Shown here: in pieces, positions 1 to 9,614 of the stretch
Layout: every line of letters begins with the position of its first letter
How positions within the stretch are numbered: the stretch's first letter is position 1
Source of the DNA: Myxococcota bacterium
Lineage (GTDB): Bacteria > Myxococcota > UBA4151
DNA: 42,925 nucleotides
Assembly (NCBI GenBank): GCA_040260805.1
Contig: JBDQPD010000018.1
Span: forward strand, 1 to 42,925
Direction of reading: 5' to 3'
Notes under the pieces: generated by a model
What the model was told of the DNA's origin: nothing
Database searches by the model: none
What the model saw: the letters and a program-made list of their open reading frames with translations, nothing else
Made by a program: the position numbers and the translations under genes

Positions 1-2678
1 TCATCGCAAGCCTCAACGCCCGCTTGAACGATCGAGTCACCGCAGCGGGCGACGGCGCAATTGTTGAGGCAGCCGTCGGTTTGCGTCTGGTTCCCGTCAT
101 CACAAGCCTCAACGCCGGCCCGCACCACCCCGTCGCCGCATCGGGCCACCGAGCAGTTGTTCAAGCAGCCGTCACCTTGGGTCTGGTTGCCATCATCGCA
201 GCCTTCAACGCCGGCTTGGACCACTGAGTCACCGCAGCGGGCGACGGCGCAGTTGTTAAGGCAGGCATCCGTTTGCACTTCATTGCCGTCGTCGCAGGCT
301 TCGACGCCGGCTTGAACCACGGAGTCGCCGCAGCGGGCGCTGACGCACGTGTTCAGGCAGGCATCATTTTGGTCGTTGTTGCCGTCGTCACACACCTCAA
401 CGCCAGCCTGGACCACCGAGTCACCGCAGCGCGCCACCACACAGCTGTTGAGGCAGGCATCGGTTTGCGTTTGGTTGCCATCGTCGCAACCCTCAACGCC
501 TACCTGAACCACGGCGTCGCCGCAGCGGGCGATCGCGCAGGTGTTGAGACAGGCGTCACCGTTGACTCGGTTACCGTCATCGCAGGACTCCACACCGGCG
601 TGCACGACGCCGTCACCGCAGGCTGCTAAATCGCAGCTGTTTCGGCAGGCGTCGGTGTCGACTCGGTTGCCATCATCGCAGCCCTCAACTCCGGCGTGCA
701 CGACGCCGTCACCGCATGCGGCGCGCTCGCAACTGTTTCGACAGGCGTCCGTATCCGCTGCGTTGCCGTCATCACACACCTCGACGCCCTGACGTACCAC
801 GCCGTCACCGCAGCGGGCGATCTGACAGTTGGTTCGACAAGCATCGGTGTCCACCGGGTTGCCATCGTCGCAGGCTTCAACGCCCTGATGGAGCTCACCA
901 TCGCCGCAGCGAGCCACTTGGCAGTTGCGCAGGCAAGCGTCGGTTTGCACTTCGTTGCCGTCGTCGCAGGCTTCGACCCCCGCATGGACCAAGCCGTCAC
1001 CGCAGGATGCACCCACGCAAGTACTTAGGCAGCTGTCCGTCTCCACGCCGTTGCCATCATCGCAGGCCTCGAATCCCTCGTCACCCTGAGCCAGATCGGC
1101 GCGCCTGATCCCGTCGCCGCAGCGAGCGCTCACGCATCGATTCAAGCAGGCGTCGGAGTCGTCACGGTTGCCATCGTCGCAACCCTCTACACCCTCTTGC
1201 GCAAAGCCGTCACCGCAGCGAGCCACCACGCAGGTGTTGAGGCAGGCATCGGTCTGCAATTCGTTGCCGTCATCGCAGGCTTCAACGCCGGCCTGAACGA
1301 CGCCATCCCCGCACCTGGAGAGCTCACAATTGTTGCGACAGCCGTCGGTGTCATTGGCGTTGCCGTCGTCGCAGGCCTCGATCCCTGCGGCGACCACGCC
1401 GTCGCCGCAGCGCTGCACTTCGCAGGTGTTGCGGCAGCCGTCGGTGTCGACTTGGTTGCCGTCATCGCACGCTTCGACCCCGGCATGGACCTCACCATCA
1501 CCGCAGCGGGCGAGCTGGCACGAGCTCAGGCACGCATCGCTCTGGTCTTCGTTACCGTCGTCGCAATGCTCATAGCCCACTGCGTCCTCAGCTAAGTCTT
1601 CGCGCAAGAAGCCATCACCGCAGCTCGCCGTGACGCACTCGTTCGTGCAGGCGTCGAGGTCCGAGCGGTTCCCGTCATCGCAATCCTCACCCGGATCAAG
1701 GATCGCGTTGCCACAGACCTCTCGAAGGCATGACGAAGAGCAGCCATCCGCTGCCTCTTCGTTCCCGTCATCACACTCTTCGTACCCTTCGGCGCCAAAC
1801 TGCAATCCGCGACGCACGATCCCATCGCCGCATCGCGCAACCTGACACTGACCGGTGCAGGCATCAGCAGCCTCAGCGTTCCCGTCGTCGCAGGCTTCGT
1901 AGCCTATCTCGTCTTCAGCTAAGTCTGTACGCAACAAGCCATCGCCGCATTGCGCAGCGATGCAGGTGTTCAAGCAGGCGTCGGTGTCGACTGCGTTGCC
2001 GTCATCGCAGAACTCACCCTCTTGAACCACGCCGTCGCCGCAGCTCGACGGGACGCAGTTGTTGCAGTCGTCGGTGGGGTCTTCATTACCATCATCGCAG
2101 CCCTCTAGACCGTTGACGATACCGTCGCCGCAGATCGCAAGCTGACAGTTTGAGACGCATTCATCCGAGTCGTCATCGTTGCCGTCATCACAGGCTTCAT
2201 AGCCGGCTTCACCGGGCGCGAGGTCAGCACGCAATAAGCCGTCACCGCAAACCGCCGCGACGCAGGCGCCGACGCAGGCGTCGGTGTCGCTGAGGTTGCC
2301 GTCGTCGCAGGCTTCATAATCCATGTCGCCTTCGTCGAGGTCTAAGCGGCGAACCCCGTCTCCACAGGTGGCGAGAACGCAGGAGCCAAGACAGGCGTCC
2401 GCGTCCTGTTCATTGCCGTCATCACAAGCCTCATAAGCTGGGTCCGCCGGGTCGAGGTCTGCGCGCATGACCGCATCGCCGCAGATCGCATTTCGGCAGC
2501 CGTCCGTGCACGCGTCGTTCGTCTCGTTGTTGCCATCATCGCACTGTTCATCGGCTTCGATTTCGCCGTTGCCGCAAGCGGCAGGCGTTTCGCGAACGAC
2601 CACCTGTTCTGAGCACGACAGCGTCAGCAAAAAGGCGACCACACCAAGCGAGCGAACCAGAACCTGCGATCGAATCAT
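1..2678 (-). CDS. Cys-rich repeat (DUF4215-type) surface lipoprotein, array copy 1; 3' end beyond the window
   Basis: Not in the ORF track because there is no stop in the window. ATG at 2678 after a GAGGTG SD. Reads [50 protein letters not shown]. The same frame still reads EACD at positions 3-14. I count at least 26 CDD repeats, with an exact 96-bp period from ~955 down to 91. Confidence 0.93.
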   Translation of the reverse strand, partial: MIRSQVLVRSLGVVAFLLTLSCSEQVVVRETPAACGNGEIEADEQCDDGNNETNDACTDGCRNAICGDAVMRADLDPADPAYEACDDGNEQDADACLGSCVLATCGDGVRRLDLDEGDMDYEACDDGNLSDTDACVGACVAAVCGDGLLRADLAPGEAGYEACDDGNDDDSDECVSNCQLAICGDGIVNGLEGCDDGNEDPTDDCNNCVPSSCGDGVVQEGEFCDDGNAVDTDACLNTCIAAQCGDGLLRTDLAEDEIGYEACDDGNAEAADACTGQCQVARCGDGIVRRGLQFGAEGYEECDDGNEEAADGCSSSCLREVCGNAILDPGEDCDDGNRSDLDACTNECVTASCGDGFLREDLAEDAVGYEHCDDGNEDQSDACLSSCQLARCGDGEVHAGVEACDDGNQVDTDGCRNTCEVQRCGDGVVAAGIEACDDGNANDTDGCRNNCELSRCGDGVVQAGVEACDDGNELQTDACLNTCVVARCGDGFAQEGVEGCDDGNRDDSDACLNRCVSARCGDGIRRADLAQGDEGFEACDDGNGVETDSCLSTCVGASCGDGLVHAGVEACDDGNEVQTDACLRNCQVARCGDGELHQGVEACDDGNPVDTDACRTNCQIARCGDGVVRQGVEVCDDGNAADTDACRNSCERAACGDGVVHAGVEGCDDGNRVDTDACRNSCDLAACGDGVVHAGVESCDDGNRVNGDACLNTCAIARCGDAVVQVGVEGCDDGNQTQTDACLNSCVVARCGDSVVQAGVEVCDDGNNDQNDACLNTCVSARCGDSVVQAGVEACDDGNEVQTDACLNNCAVARCGDSVVQAGVEGCDDGNQTQGDGCLNNCSVARCGDGVVRAGVEACDDGNQTQTDGCLNNCAVARCGDSIVQAGVEACD

Positions 2679-2702
2679 GAAACACCTCGAAAAACGTGCG
2701 CC

Positions 2703-2731
2703 ATTGTGCCGAGTTGATCAGCCTTCCACAA
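2703..2731 (-). promoter_or_regulatory. Putative sigma70-type promoter of copy 1 (TTGTGG-17-CACAAT)
   Basis: Hexamers have an exact 17-nt spacer and are conserved in the paralogous upstream region at 5874-5902. Confidence 0.5.
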
Positions 2732-2794
2732 GCCACTAGCCTAAGCCCGCATCTGCTGGGATATGGCGTCGATGCATCGCCCCATGGAAGCGCT

Positions 2795-5700
2795 TTAGTT
2801 GCCCCAGCTGATGATCATACTTCCGTGACCTTGGCGCTCACCCGCTGTCGTGCTTGCGGCTGTGACGTTGTTGGCGTCCCACCAGCTCGAGCCGCCGCCG
2901 CCGCCGCCATTGTTCGCGCCACCGCCACCACCATAGTAGCCGCCGCCGCCGCCGCCGCCGTCGTTGCCATCACCCAAACCGCCCAGACCGGCTTCACCAT
3001 TGGTTCCAATACTGCAGCTGTGGCTGCCGTAATGGCCCCCGCGGTTACCGCCGGCGTTTTGCGTACCGCCCCCAGCAGCGGCTCCATTGTACGCGCCGCT
3101 ACCGGAAGCCCCTTGCGAGCCGCCACCTGCTCCGCCGCCTTGACCGCTACCACCGCCGCCGCCGCCGCCAGCGACGAGCAAACGGGCGTTGAGATTTGTG
3201 CTGCTCCGGAGGTCGGTAGCTCCTCCACCCGTGCCGGCTCCAGCCCCTGCGTTGCCGCAACATTGAGAGCCCGTAGCGCCTCCACCGTTCCATCCACCGC
3301 TCGCATTGCAGCTTTGATCATCTGCGCCTTCACCGCCCACATAGATGTACAGGGTCTGCCCCGGCTGAACGCCCACGACGCCCGTCACGTAACCGCCGTC
3401 GCCACCGCTACCGCCACCAGAGGCGCCGCCTTCGGCGCCCCAAGCACGCACCGTCACTTGGGTGTAGCCCAGCGGCACAACGAAGTTTTGAACCGCACCC
3501 GTGTAGCTAAACTCTTGGCTGCCCGCAGCGGACACGCAGGCGTTGCTGCAAGCGTCGTCATTGTTTTGGTTGCCGTCATCACAAGCCTCGAGCCCCGCTT
3601 GAACGTGACCGTCACCGCAGGAGGCGGCGCTGCAATCGTTGAGGCAAGCATCGGTCTGGAGGTTGTTCTCATCGTCGCAATCCTCAACCCCCGCCTGAAC
3701 GAACCCATCGCCGCACGCCGCCTGGCTACAATCATTGAGACATCCGTCGGTCTGGACGTTGTTCTCGTCATCACACGCTTCCACTCCAGCCTGAGCGAAC
3801 CCATCACCGCACGATGCGGCGCTGCAATCGTTTAGGCACGCATCCGTCTGAACTTCGTTGCCATCATCGCAAAGCTCCACGCCTGCCTGGACCACCCCAT
3901 CACCGCAGGCGGCCAGCGTGCAATCGTCCAGACACGCATCCGTCTGAACTTCGTTGCCATCGTCACAAGCTTCGATGCCCTGACGCGTAACTCCATCACC
4001 GCAGCGAGCGATCTGGCAACTCGTCCGGCAAGCGTCGGTGTCGACATTGTTACCATCGTCGCAAGCCTCAACGCCCTGGTGGACCGAGCCATCGCCGCAG
4101 CGAGCCACGCTGCAGTCGGTGAGGCAGGCATCCGTTTGGACTAGGTTACCGTCATCGCAGGCTTCGACCCCAGCATAAACAAGTCCGTCGCCACATGATG
4201 CCGCTAAACACGAACCTAAGCAGCCGTCGGTCTCCACCTCGTTACCGTCATCGCAAGCTTCATAGCCGACGTCTCCTAGCGCGACATCGGAACGTCGAAC
4301 TCCGTCTCCGCAGCGAGCAAGAACACATGACCCCAAGCAGCCGTCCGAGTCGTCACCGTTGCCGTCATCGCAGGCTTCAACCCCCTCTTGAGCGAAGCCA
4401 TCACCACAGCGCGCCTGCTCACAGCTGTTGAGGCAGGCGTCCGTCTGAATCTGGTTTCCGTCATCGCAGGTTTCAACGCCTCCGCGAACGACCCCATCAC
4501 CACAAACCGCTAGGTCGCAATTGTTTCGGCAAGCGTCGGTATCGTCTGCGTTTCCATCATCACAAGCCTCGATGCCAACGGCTACAACGCCGTCACCACA
4601 GCGCTGCGCTTCGCAGGTATTGCGGCAGCCATCGGTGTCGATTTGATTACCGTCGTCGCATGCCTCACGACCTTCCCAAACGGATCCATCGCCGCACCGA
4701 GCGGCTTGGCAGTTGGCTAAACACGAGTCGGTCTGAACCTGATTCGCGTCGTCGCATTCCTCTGCACCAATCCAGAGAATCCCATCACCGCAGCGCGCCT
4801 GCTCACAGGCGTTCGTGCATTCATCGGTGTTCACCTCATTGCCATCGTCGCAGTCCTCGCCTGCATCAACCCGAAGGTTTCCACATGCCTCCAAATGACA
4901 ATCCGCTGAGCAACCGTCCTGATCCTCGGCGTTGCCATCATCGCACTCTTCGAACCCAAGCTCGCCAGCTTCTAGGTCTTGGCGACGAGTCGAGTCACCG
5001 CAGCGCGCCTCGACGCAAGCCGCCGTGCACGCATCAAAGGCGTCAACGTTGCCATCATCGCAAGCCTCATAACCGATCTCATCTTCCGATAAGTCAACAC
5101 GCAAATAACCATCACCGCAGCGGGCAGAGACGCAGGTGCTGAGGCACGCATCGGTGTCTACTGCGTTGCCATCATCACAGGATTCGCCAGCTTGAACGAC
5201 CCCATCACCGCAGCTCGCAGGGACGCAGTTGTTGCAGTCATCGGTCGGGTCATCATTACCGTCGTCGCAGCCCTCAAGAGCGTTGACGATCCCGTCACCA
5301 CAAAACGCGACCTGGCAGCTCGAAACGCACTCATCGGAGTCGTCATCATTACCATCATCGCACGCTTCATATCCCGGCTCGTCCGGACCTAGATCAGCCC
5401 GCACCAAGCCGTCACCGCATGCCGCCGCTACACACCCACCAACGCAGGCATCCGTGTCGCTGTCGTTGCCATCATCACAGGCTTCATAATAGGATTCACC
5501 TTCGGCTAGATCCATGCGCCTTAGGCCATCGCCGCAGGTCGCCAGTACGCACGAGGCGAGGCAGGCGTCAGCATCGTCTTCGTTGCCGTCATCGCAGGCC
5601 TCATGCGCTGGGTCGGAAGGATCCAAGTCAGCGCGCAAGATCGAGTCACCGCAGACCGCATTTTGGCAGCCATCAGTGCAGGCGTCGTTCGCCTCCTTGT

Positions 5701-5848
5701 TGCCGTCGTCGCACTGCTCATCTGCTTCGATCTGGCCGTTGCCGCAGGCTGCAGGTGTCTCGCGCACCACCACCTGTTCAGAACAAGACAGGGTCAGCAA
5801 AACAGCGAACACACTCAGCGAGCGCAACAGCGCATACGATCGAATCAT
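2795..5848 (-). CDS. Cys-rich repeat (DUF4215-type) lipoprotein with C-terminal ALK/LTK-like glycine-rich domain, array copy 2
   Basis: Lipobox LTLS-C; 22 CDD repeats; tip [74 protein letters not shown]. Confidence 0.93.
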   Translation of the reverse strand: MIRSYALLRSLSVFAVLLTLSCSEQVVVRETPAACGNGQIEADEQCDDGNKEANDACTDGCQNAVCGDSILRADLDPSDPAHEACDDGNEDDADACLASCVLATCGDGLRRMDLAEGESYYEACDDGNDSDTDACVGGCVAAACGDGLVRADLGPDEPGYEACDDGNDDDSDECVSSCQVAFCGDGIVNALEGCDDGNDDPTDDCNNCVPASCGDGVVQAGESCDDGNAVDTDACLSTCVSARCGDGYLRVDLSEDEIGYEACDDGNVDAFDACTAACVEARCGDSTRRQDLEAGELGFEECDDGNAEDQDGCSADCHLEACGNLRVDAGEDCDDGNEVNTDECTNACEQARCGDGILWIGAEECDDANQVQTDSCLANCQAARCGDGSVWEGREACDDGNQIDTDGCRNTCEAQRCGDGVVAVGIEACDDGNADDTDACRNNCDLAVCGDGVVRGGVETCDDGNQIQTDACLNSCEQARCGDGFAQEGVEACDDGNGDDSDGCLGSCVLARCGDGVRRSDVALGDVGYEACDDGNEVETDGCLGSCLAASCGDGLVYAGVEACDDGNLVQTDACLTDCSVARCGDGSVHQGVEACDDGNNVDTDACRTSCQIARCGDGVTRQGIEACDDGNEVQTDACLDDCTLAACGDGVVQAGVELCDDGNEVQTDACLNDCSAASCGDGFAQAGVEACDDENNVQTDGCLNDCSQAACGDGFVQAGVEDCDDENNLQTDACLNDCSAASCGDGHVQAGLEACDDGNQNNDDACSNACVSAAGSQEFSYTGAVQNFVVPLGYTQVTVRAWGAEGGASGGGSGGDGGYVTGVVGVQPGQTLYIYVGGEGADDQSCNASGGWNGGGATGSQCCGNAGAGAGTGGGATDLRSSTNLNARLLVAGGGGGGGSGQGGGAGGGSQGASGSGAYNGAAAGGGTQNAGGNRGGHYGSHSCSIGTNGEAGLGGLGDGNDGGGGGGGYYGGGGGANNGGGGGGSSWWDANNVTAASTTAGERQGHGSMIISWGN

Positions 5849-5873
5849 AAATCACCTCGAACAGACCTGTCCC

Positions 5874-5902
5874 ACTGTGCCGGGTTGATCAATCTTCTAC
5901 AA
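5874..5902 (-). promoter_or_regulatory. Putative sigma70-type promoter of copy 2 (TTGTAG-17-CACAGT) with a TTGATCAA palindrome in the spacer
   Basis: Paralogous to 2703-2731; 17-nt spacer. Confidence 0.5.
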
Positions 5903-5924
5903 GTGACCGCAGCGGGATTCGAGG

Positions 5925-6320
5925 CTAAACCAGCGGGCTCAAGAATAGAGCCATGTTAGCGCTCACTGCCCCCGCCCAAAGCACGGTGCGCAGTAACGCT
6001 CGATCGCTGCTGTAAGCCCAATGATAGAGCAGCCTGAAGGCGAACCAAGAGATCGCTAAACCATGCATCAACGGAGTCGCTGTGCCCACCGAAGCGGCGA
6101 CCAAAATAGCGGCAGCAAAGGGAGGGAAGGCTGCAATCGCGTTGTAATGCGCTGCTCTTAGCCGAGCACCCTTTCCGGTGAGTGCGTCTTGCTGTGCACG
6201 CGGTTGGCGGTTGTCGTAATGCCCATCATTAGCAACCGCCATGGCGACGCCCAAGGGAATTTTGCTGCCGACATAAGCCCAAAGGTAAGCGGCAGGAAGA
6301 TACCAAAAAAGCGCGCTCAT
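5925..6320 (-). CDS. MAPEG family membrane protein
   Basis: YDNRQPRAQQ..GKGARLRAAHYN..FPPFAAAILVA..FRLLYHWAY..D...LRTVLW; several hydrophobic helices. Confidence 0.88.
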   Translation of the reverse strand: MSALFWYLPAAYLWAYVGSKIPLGVAMAVANDGHYDNRQPRAQQDALTGKGARLRAAHYNAIAAFPPFAAAILVAASVGTATPLMHGLAISWFAFRLLYHWAYSSDRALLRTVLWAGAVSANMALFLSPLV

Positions 6321-6427
6321 CGATTGAACCTCACTCGGGTTATTGAGTTTTCCCAGTTACCGACTTGCCCGAAGAGCGTTCCTAGTGTCCAACCCTCGCA
6401 GACCTTATCCTAACCCGAGGCGAGCCC

Positions 6428-6718
6428 ATGACCGACAAGCCGGCCACAGCCCACACCCAGCGCCGAGCGGTCCCAACAAAACACCTGCTCGGGACCCAGT
6501 GGACACGCTCCGAGGCGACCGTTGGCGGTCGTCACTTTCAGGTGATTGCGCTCTTAGCGGCACAACCCACACCCTGGGTGCGCGTGCGCCTCGAGGCGGT
6601 GTTGACCGGCCGCTTTATTGAGGTCGAGCGCACCGAGCTCAAAAATAGCGAACTCTGGAGCCCGGGCTGGCAGCAGATCGTCACCGACGAGTCGAGTGAG
6701 CCTCCTACAAACGGGTAA
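6428..6718 (+). CDS. TIGR02450/DUF2389-like Trp-rich small protein
   Basis: LLGTQWT...RHFQV...LEAVLTGR...ELKNSELWSPGW matches the family pattern (KWT..HF.V..LEAV...ELK....W..GW). Confidence 0.78.
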   Translation: MTDKPATAHTQRRAVPTKHLLGTQWTRSEATVGGRHFQVIALLAAQPTPWVRVRLEAVLTGRFIEVERTELKNSELWSPGWQQIVTDESSEPPTNG

Positions 6719-9554
6719 TGCTCGCCTGCCCGTGACCGGACCTCACAGCGCCTTGAGCTTGCGTGTTAGCGCCTGCGTTGTAAGACCCGCCACCACCGCC
6801 AGCGTAGTAGCATTGCGTCGCCACCCCGCCGCCTGAGTAGCCGCCGCCACCGCCAGCGGTATGCTGGCGGTTACCGCATAAGCCATACCCGCCACCGCCA
6901 CCACCGCCAAAGCCGCCGTCACCGCCGTAGGTGTTCATGCGCGACCCGCCGGTTGCGTTGTTGCGTACCGTGTTCCAACCCCGTCCGCCGGTGTTGGGCG
7001 CATCGTTACCGTTCGCTCCACCCTGACCTTGATTATCTTTGGCGACGGTCCCTGACTCGCTCGTCGTACCGTGGGCGCCGCGCGACGCATCGTCGCCGTT
7101 GTTGTGAAGCCCTGAGCCGCCGCCGCCGCCAGCGACGATCAGCGGTTGGTTCGCCCCTGCGCGCCAGACAAAAGTCCCGCCACCGCCGCCGCTGCCGCCA
7201 TTGGCCGAGTTACCCGACGGCGAGATGATCCCCTTTTGCCCCACGACGATATGAATCTGCTCACCAGAGTTCAGCGTAAAATCACCGCGCATCCGAGCGC
7301 CCATGCCGCCCTCTCGACCCGAATGGTTAACGCCGCCTTGAGCCCCCCAGACCTCAATGCGATAGGTTCCATCATCAGGGACCGTCCAGATCTGAACCCC
7401 AGCAGCGATCGATAAGTTCTGGTTATCCTGAGCCCAACCGACGCCATTGTAGGCGTTACGACACTGCTGGACCGATGGACCGTCCTGAGACTCTTGACCG
7501 CAGGTGGTGAAGGTGTGGCTGGTAAAGTCGAACAAGTTCTCATTAATACAAGCCGCTGAGCAGCCGTCACCGTCAACGTTGTTGCCATCATCGCAGCCCT
7601 CGACACCAGCCTGGACGTGACCATCACCGCAGCTTGCGGCGAGGCAGCTGTTGATGCAGCCATCCGTCTGGACCTCGTTGCCGTCGTCACAAGCCTCAAC
7701 GCCCGCTTGCACCTCACCGTCGCCGCAGCGCGCCGAGACGCAGTTGTTCAAGCACGCGTCCGACGGGTCCTGGTTGCCGTCATCGCAGGCTTCGACCCCT
7801 TCTTGAGTGTGTCCGTCGCCGCAGCTCGCAAGGCTGCAGTCATCGAGACATGCATCCGTCTGGAGTGGATTACCGTCGTCGCAAGCCTCGACGCCGTCGT
7901 GAACCTCTCCATCACCACAACGCGCGGCTGAACAGTCGGACAGACAGGCGTCGGTTTGCACCTCGTTGCCATCATCGCAGGCTTCCATACCCTCGTAGAC
8001 CAAGCCATCCCCACACCGAGCCGCTATGCAGGCGTTGAGGCAGCCATCGGTTTCGACCTGGTTGCCGTCGTCGCAGACCTCGACCCCGTCGTGGACGACG
8101 CCATCGCCGCAGCCCGCTAGCGTGCAGTTGTTCAAGCAGTCATCGGTTTGCGCTTGGTTGCCGTCATCGCAGGCTTCAAAACCCAGCTCGCCGGGCTGTA
8201 GATCAAGCCGGCGCACCTGGTCACCGCAGCGCGCTAAGGCGCAGCCGTTCAAACAAGCATCAGCGTCGCTTGCGTTGCCATCGTCGCAACCCTCAACGCC
8301 CTCATGAACCACGCCGTCGCCGCAGCGAGCGGCGGAGCAGTCGGTTCTGCACGCGTCTGTCTCGACCTGGTTGCCGTCATCGCAAGCCTCTTGACCGTTG
8401 TGGACCACGCCGTCGCCGCAGCGTGCGACCTCACAGTTATTCAAGCAGCCGTCGGTGTCGTCGTTGTTGCCGTCATCGCAGCTCTCGATGCCTTGCGCGA
8501 TCACGCCGTCACCGCAGCGCACAGCGACGCAGTTGTTTCGACAGTTATCGTCATCGATCTGGTTGCCGTCATCGCATTCCTCGCGCCCCTCCCAGACCTC
8601 GCCGTCGCCGCAACGCGCCACCTGGCAGTTCTCGAGGCAGGCGTCCGTTTCGACGGCGTTGCCGTCGTCACACTCCTCAACGCCGACGTGGAGAATTAGG
8701 TCGCCGCAGCGCGCCTCAACGCAGCCGTTGGTGCAGGCGTCACCGTTTGCACGGTTCCCGTCATCGCAGGCTTCATAGCCCGGTGCACCGGGCTCTAAGT
8801 CTTCGCGCAGCATAGCGTCGCCGCAGCGAGCTGGCGCGCAGGTGCTCAGGCATGCGTCGAGCTCATCAGCGTTGCCATCGTCGCAGCGCTCGCCGGCTTG
8901 AACCACGCCATCGCCGCAGGTCGCAGGCACGCAGTTATTGCACTCATCGGTGGGGTCGTCGTTACCATCGTCGCAGCCTTCATTAGGGCCGAGGATCCCA
9001 TCGCCGCAGCGAGCGGCGATGCAGGTCGAGAGGCAATCATCGGTGTCGTCTGAGTTGCCGTCGTCGCAGGCTTCGAACTCTAAGGCGTCCTCATCCAGGT
9101 CGGTGCGCACCACGCCGTCGCCGCAACGAGCCTGAACGCAGCCGCTCAAGCAGCTGTCATCGTCAGCAGCGTTGCCGTCATCGCAGGTCTCAAAACCGGG
9201 CGCGCCCTCGGCCACGTCTCGGCGAACCACGCCGTCGCCACAAGCGGCTACTAAGCAGTTGGTTCGGCACGCGTCATCGTCTGCGTCGTTGCCATCATCA
9301 CAGGCTTCGTAGTCTGGCTCACCGGCGCTCAAGTCAGAGCGTAAAACCGCATCACCGCAGCGCGCCGTTTTGCAGCCGTCCGTGCAGGCATCCGAGGGCT
9401 CTTCATTGCCATCGTCGCATTGCTCGTCGCCGTCTACTTGTCCATTACCGCAAGCTGCCTGCGTTTCACGAACTACGACCTGGTCACCGCAGGACCAACT
9501 CAACACAATGCTCATGACTAAAGCCGAGCGAATCCAGTACGCTTTCGAGCTCAA
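6705..9554 (-). CDS. Cys-rich repeat (DUF4215-type) lipoprotein with an ALK/LTK-type TNF-like/glycine-rich tip, array copy 3
   Basis: TTG start after GAGGAG; lipobox [21 protein letters not shown]; 19 CDD repeats; tip [65 protein letters not shown]. Confidence 0.92.
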   Translation of the reverse strand: MSSKAYWIRSALVMSIVLSWSCGDQVVVRETQAACGNGQVDGDEQCDDGNEEPSDACTDGCKTARCGDAVLRSDLSAGEPDYEACDDGNDADDDACRTNCLVAACGDGVVRRDVAEGAPGFETCDDGNAADDDSCLSGCVQARCGDGVVRTDLDEDALEFEACDDGNSDDTDDCLSTCIAARCGDGILGPNEGCDDGNDDPTDECNNCVPATCGDGVVQAGERCDDGNADELDACLSTCAPARCGDAMLREDLEPGAPGYEACDDGNRANGDACTNGCVEARCGDLILHVGVEECDDGNAVETDACLENCQVARCGDGEVWEGREECDDGNQIDDDNCRNNCVAVRCGDGVIAQGIESCDDGNNDDTDGCLNNCEVARCGDGVVHNGQEACDDGNQVETDACRTDCSAARCGDGVVHEGVEGCDDGNASDADACLNGCALARCGDQVRRLDLQPGELGFEACDDGNQAQTDDCLNNCTLAGCGDGVVHDGVEVCDDGNQVETDGCLNACIAARCGDGLVYEGMEACDDGNEVQTDACLSDCSAARCGDGEVHDGVEACDDGNPLQTDACLDDCSLASCGDGHTQEGVEACDDGNQDPSDACLNNCVSARCGDGEVQAGVEACDDGNEVQTDGCINSCLAASCGDGHVQAGVEGCDDGNNVDGDGCSAACINENLFDFTSHTFTTCGQESQDGPSVQQCRNAYNGVGWAQDNQNLSIAAGVQIWTVPDDGTYRIEVWGAQGGVNHSGREGGMGARMRGDFTLNSGEQIHIVVGQKGIISPSGNSANGGSGGGGGTFVWRAGANQPLIVAGGGGGSGLHNNGDDASRGAHGTTSESGTVAKDNQGQGGANGNDAPNTGGRGWNTVRNNATGGSRMNTYGGDGGFGGGGGGGYGLCGNRQHTAGGGGGYSGGGVATQCYYAGGGGGSYNAGANTQAQGAVRSGHGQASITRL

Positions 9555-9585
9555 AAGATCTCTCCTCTAATCAAAATTTCAGGAC

Positions 9586-9614
9586 ATGATACAGCCTGAC
9601 CGCCAGGCTGACTA
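9586..9614 (-). promoter_or_regulatory. Putative promoter of copy 3 (TAGTCA-17-TATCAT) overlapped by the inverted repeat CAGCCTG-N5-CAGGCTG (9592-9610)
   Basis: -10 matches consensus 5/6, -35 matches 4/6, exact 17-nt spacer. The perfect 7-bp IR sits immediately after the copy 4 stop, so it could also be a terminator or stabilising hairpin. Confidence 0.45.

Noticed and set aside
1..1000. Exact 96-bp periodicity suggesting a CRISPR array or non-coding tandem repeat
   Set aside because: Units are in-frame 32-codon protein repeats that vary at synonymous sites; no identical repeat with unique spacers and no cas genes.
2762..2786. Palindrome CGATGCATCG downstream of copy 2 as an intrinsic terminator
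   Set aside because: Irregular stem and no U-tract on the minus strand; too weak to call.
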